Shown piece after piece: positions 62,535 to 64,000 of a stretch of DNA of 64,000 nucleotides. Made by a program: the position numbers and the translations under genes. The stretch comes from an uncultured Alphaproteobacteria bacterium (lineage in GTDB: Bacteria > Pseudomonadota > Alphaproteobacteria > Acetobacterales > Acetobacteraceae), in assembly GCA_963712195.1 (NCBI GenBank), contig CAVQHB010000014.1:10669-74668 (forward strand), read 5' to 3'. How positions within the stretch are numbered: the first letter of the stretch is position 1; the number at the start of each line of letters is the position of its first letter. Under the pieces are notes generated by a model. That model was not told the origin of the DNA. It was given only the letters and a program-made list of their open reading frames with translations, and searched no databases.

Positions 62535-64000
62535 ATGGACCAGATGATCTCCTCGCCGGCCCAACACGCGCTGCGCCGCGCTGTTGTCGACCTAGGCTCG
62601 AACTCCGTCCGTCTCGTGATCTACGAGGGCGAGGCGCGGAATCCGGTGCAGATTTTCAACGAGAAGGCCGTGCTGCGCCTGGCCAGGGGCATGACCAAGA
62701 CCGGCCTGCTGGATGAGGCCGCCATGGCCCAGGCGGAGACCGTGCTGCATCGCTACGCCGCCATTGCCCGCGCCATGGGCGCCGCGCCGTTCGACGTGCT
62801 GGCGACCTCCGCCGTGCGCGATGCCGAGAACGGTTCCGAATTCGTCAGCAAGATGATGGCGCGCAATCCGGAGATGCGGATCAAGGTCCTCTCCGGCGCG
62901 CAGGAGGCGGAACTCTCCGCCGAAGGCGTGCTGTGCGGCATTCCCGGCGCCGATGGCATCCTGGCCGATCTCGGCGGCGGCTCGCTGGAGCTGGTCCGGC
63001 TGGATGCCGGCAAGGTGGGGCAGGCGGCGACCCTGCCCGTGGGCGTGATCCGCCTGGCCGACCGCTCCGGGGAGGATCTGCTGAAGGCCCGGACCATCGT
63101 CACGGCGGAGCTGGAGACGGTTCCCTTCGCCGCCGAGGCCGCGGGCAAGGATCTGTACGTTTCCGGCGGCGCCTTCCGGGCGCTGGCGCGCATCCACATC
63201 GCCCAGACCGGCTACCCGCTCAACATGGTGCATCACTACACCATCGGCCGGGAGGAGGCGCGCGACCTCGCCGGCGTGGTCAGCGAGGCTGGGCGCAAGC
63301 TGATCGAGCGGATGCCCGGCGTGCCGCGCCGGCGCATCGAAGATCTGCCCTACGCGGCTGTCATCCTGCGCCGCCTGCTGCGCGCCACCGGTGCCGCCCG
63401 CGTGGTGTTCTCGGCCAACGGCCTGCGCGAGGGCTGGTTCATCCGCATGCTGCCCGAGCATATCCGCGCCGAGGACCCGCTGCTGGCCGCCGGGCGGGAC
63501 CTGACGCGCGGCATCATCCGCGACGCCAATTTGCCGCCCGCGCTGGTCGGGTGGACCGCGCCGCTCTTCCCCAACGAAACCCCAGCGCAGAAGCGCCTGC
63601 GCGAGGCCGCCTGCTGGCTCTCCGACATCGGCAGCCACGAGCATCCGGAATACCGCGCGGAACAGGCCTTCCTGCGCGTCCTGCGCCAGGCCGGGATCGG
63701 GCTCGATCATCACGCCCGCGCCTTTCTCGCCCTGACCATGGCGCTGCGTTACGAGGCGCCGCCGGACGCCGCCTTCCTGGCGCCGGCCCGCACGCTGCTG
63801 GATCATGCACGCCACGCGCCGGGCGGAAACGCTGGGGGTTGCGCTGCGCCTGGCCTACACGCTCTCCGCCGGCACGCCGCATCTGCTGGCCGGCACGGAG
63901 CTTGCCTTGTCCGCCGAGCGCCTGACCCTGAGCCTGGCCGAGGCGAATGGCGTGTTCGCCGGCGAGGCCGTGCTGCGCCGCCTGGAGCGGCTGGCGCAGA
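62535..64000 (+). CDS. ppx: Ppx/GppA exopolyphosphatase, runs off window; apparent frameshift near 63804
   Basis: Manual translation: VVDLGSNSVRL, ATSAVRDA, DLGGGSLEL, GLREG. Confidence 0.9.
   Translation, partial: MDQMISSPAQHALRRAVVDLGSNSVRLVIYEGEARNPVQIFNEKAVLRLARGMTKTGLLDEAAMAQAETVLHRYAAIARAMGAAPFDVLATSAVRDAENGSEFVSKMMARNPEMRIKVLSGAQEAELSAEGVLCGIPGADGILADLGGGSLELVRLDAGKVGQAATLPVGVIRLADRSGEDLLKARTIVTAELETVPFAAEAAGKDLYVSGGAFRALARIHIAQTGYPLNMVHHYTIGREEARDLAGVVSEAGRKLIERMPGVPRRRIEDLPYAAVILRRLLRATGAARVVFSANGLREGWFIRMLPEHIRAEDPLLAAGRDLTRGIIRDANLPPALVGWTAPLFPNETPAQKRLREAACWLSDIGSHEHPEYRAEQAFLRVLRQAGIGLDHHARAFLALTMALRYEAPPDAAFLAPARTLLDHARHAPGGNAGGCAAPGLHALRRHAASAGRHGACLVRRAPDPEPGRGEWRVRRRGRAAPPGAAGA

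Overview
Alphaproteobacterial (probably Acetobacteraceae-like; inferred from gene content) 64-kb window in two parts. Positions 1-~51.6 kb are an IS-saturated chemosensory island. It holds six apparently intact chemoreceptors plus a remnant, an F7-like che operon (cheY-A-W-R-B-D-cheT-like), two extra cheW genes, a degenerate EAL-HDOD protein and a GGDEF gene split twice. It also holds intact or decayed IS110/IS1111, IS66, ISAs1 (two types), ISL3, IS21, ISAzo13, IS1380, IS5, IS200/IS605 and a serine-recombinase element. Positions ~51.6-64 kb are GC-rich backbone: flgM-flgN, APC permease, ferredoxin, YyaL-like, msrB, 2OG oxygenase, FGGY kinase, DODA dioxygenase, NifU/Nfu, nitroreductase, tsaB, rimI and ppx. 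Best leads: (1) an intact tnpA-tnpB IS605 element at the 5' end of flgM, whose precise excision restores an in-frame ATG and whose right end supplies its own in-frame ATG; (2) a five-copy GAAAAYTT-N11-TYCGAATA promoter-like motif inside a duplicated upstream module in front of the signalling genes; (3) a soluble chemoreceptor with inverted domain order; (4) receptors built by joining unrelated sensors to one near-identical signalling module; (5) an orphan IS110 3' non-coding end with bridge/seekRNA-like structure. All calls are from manual reading of motifs; no database searches were run.
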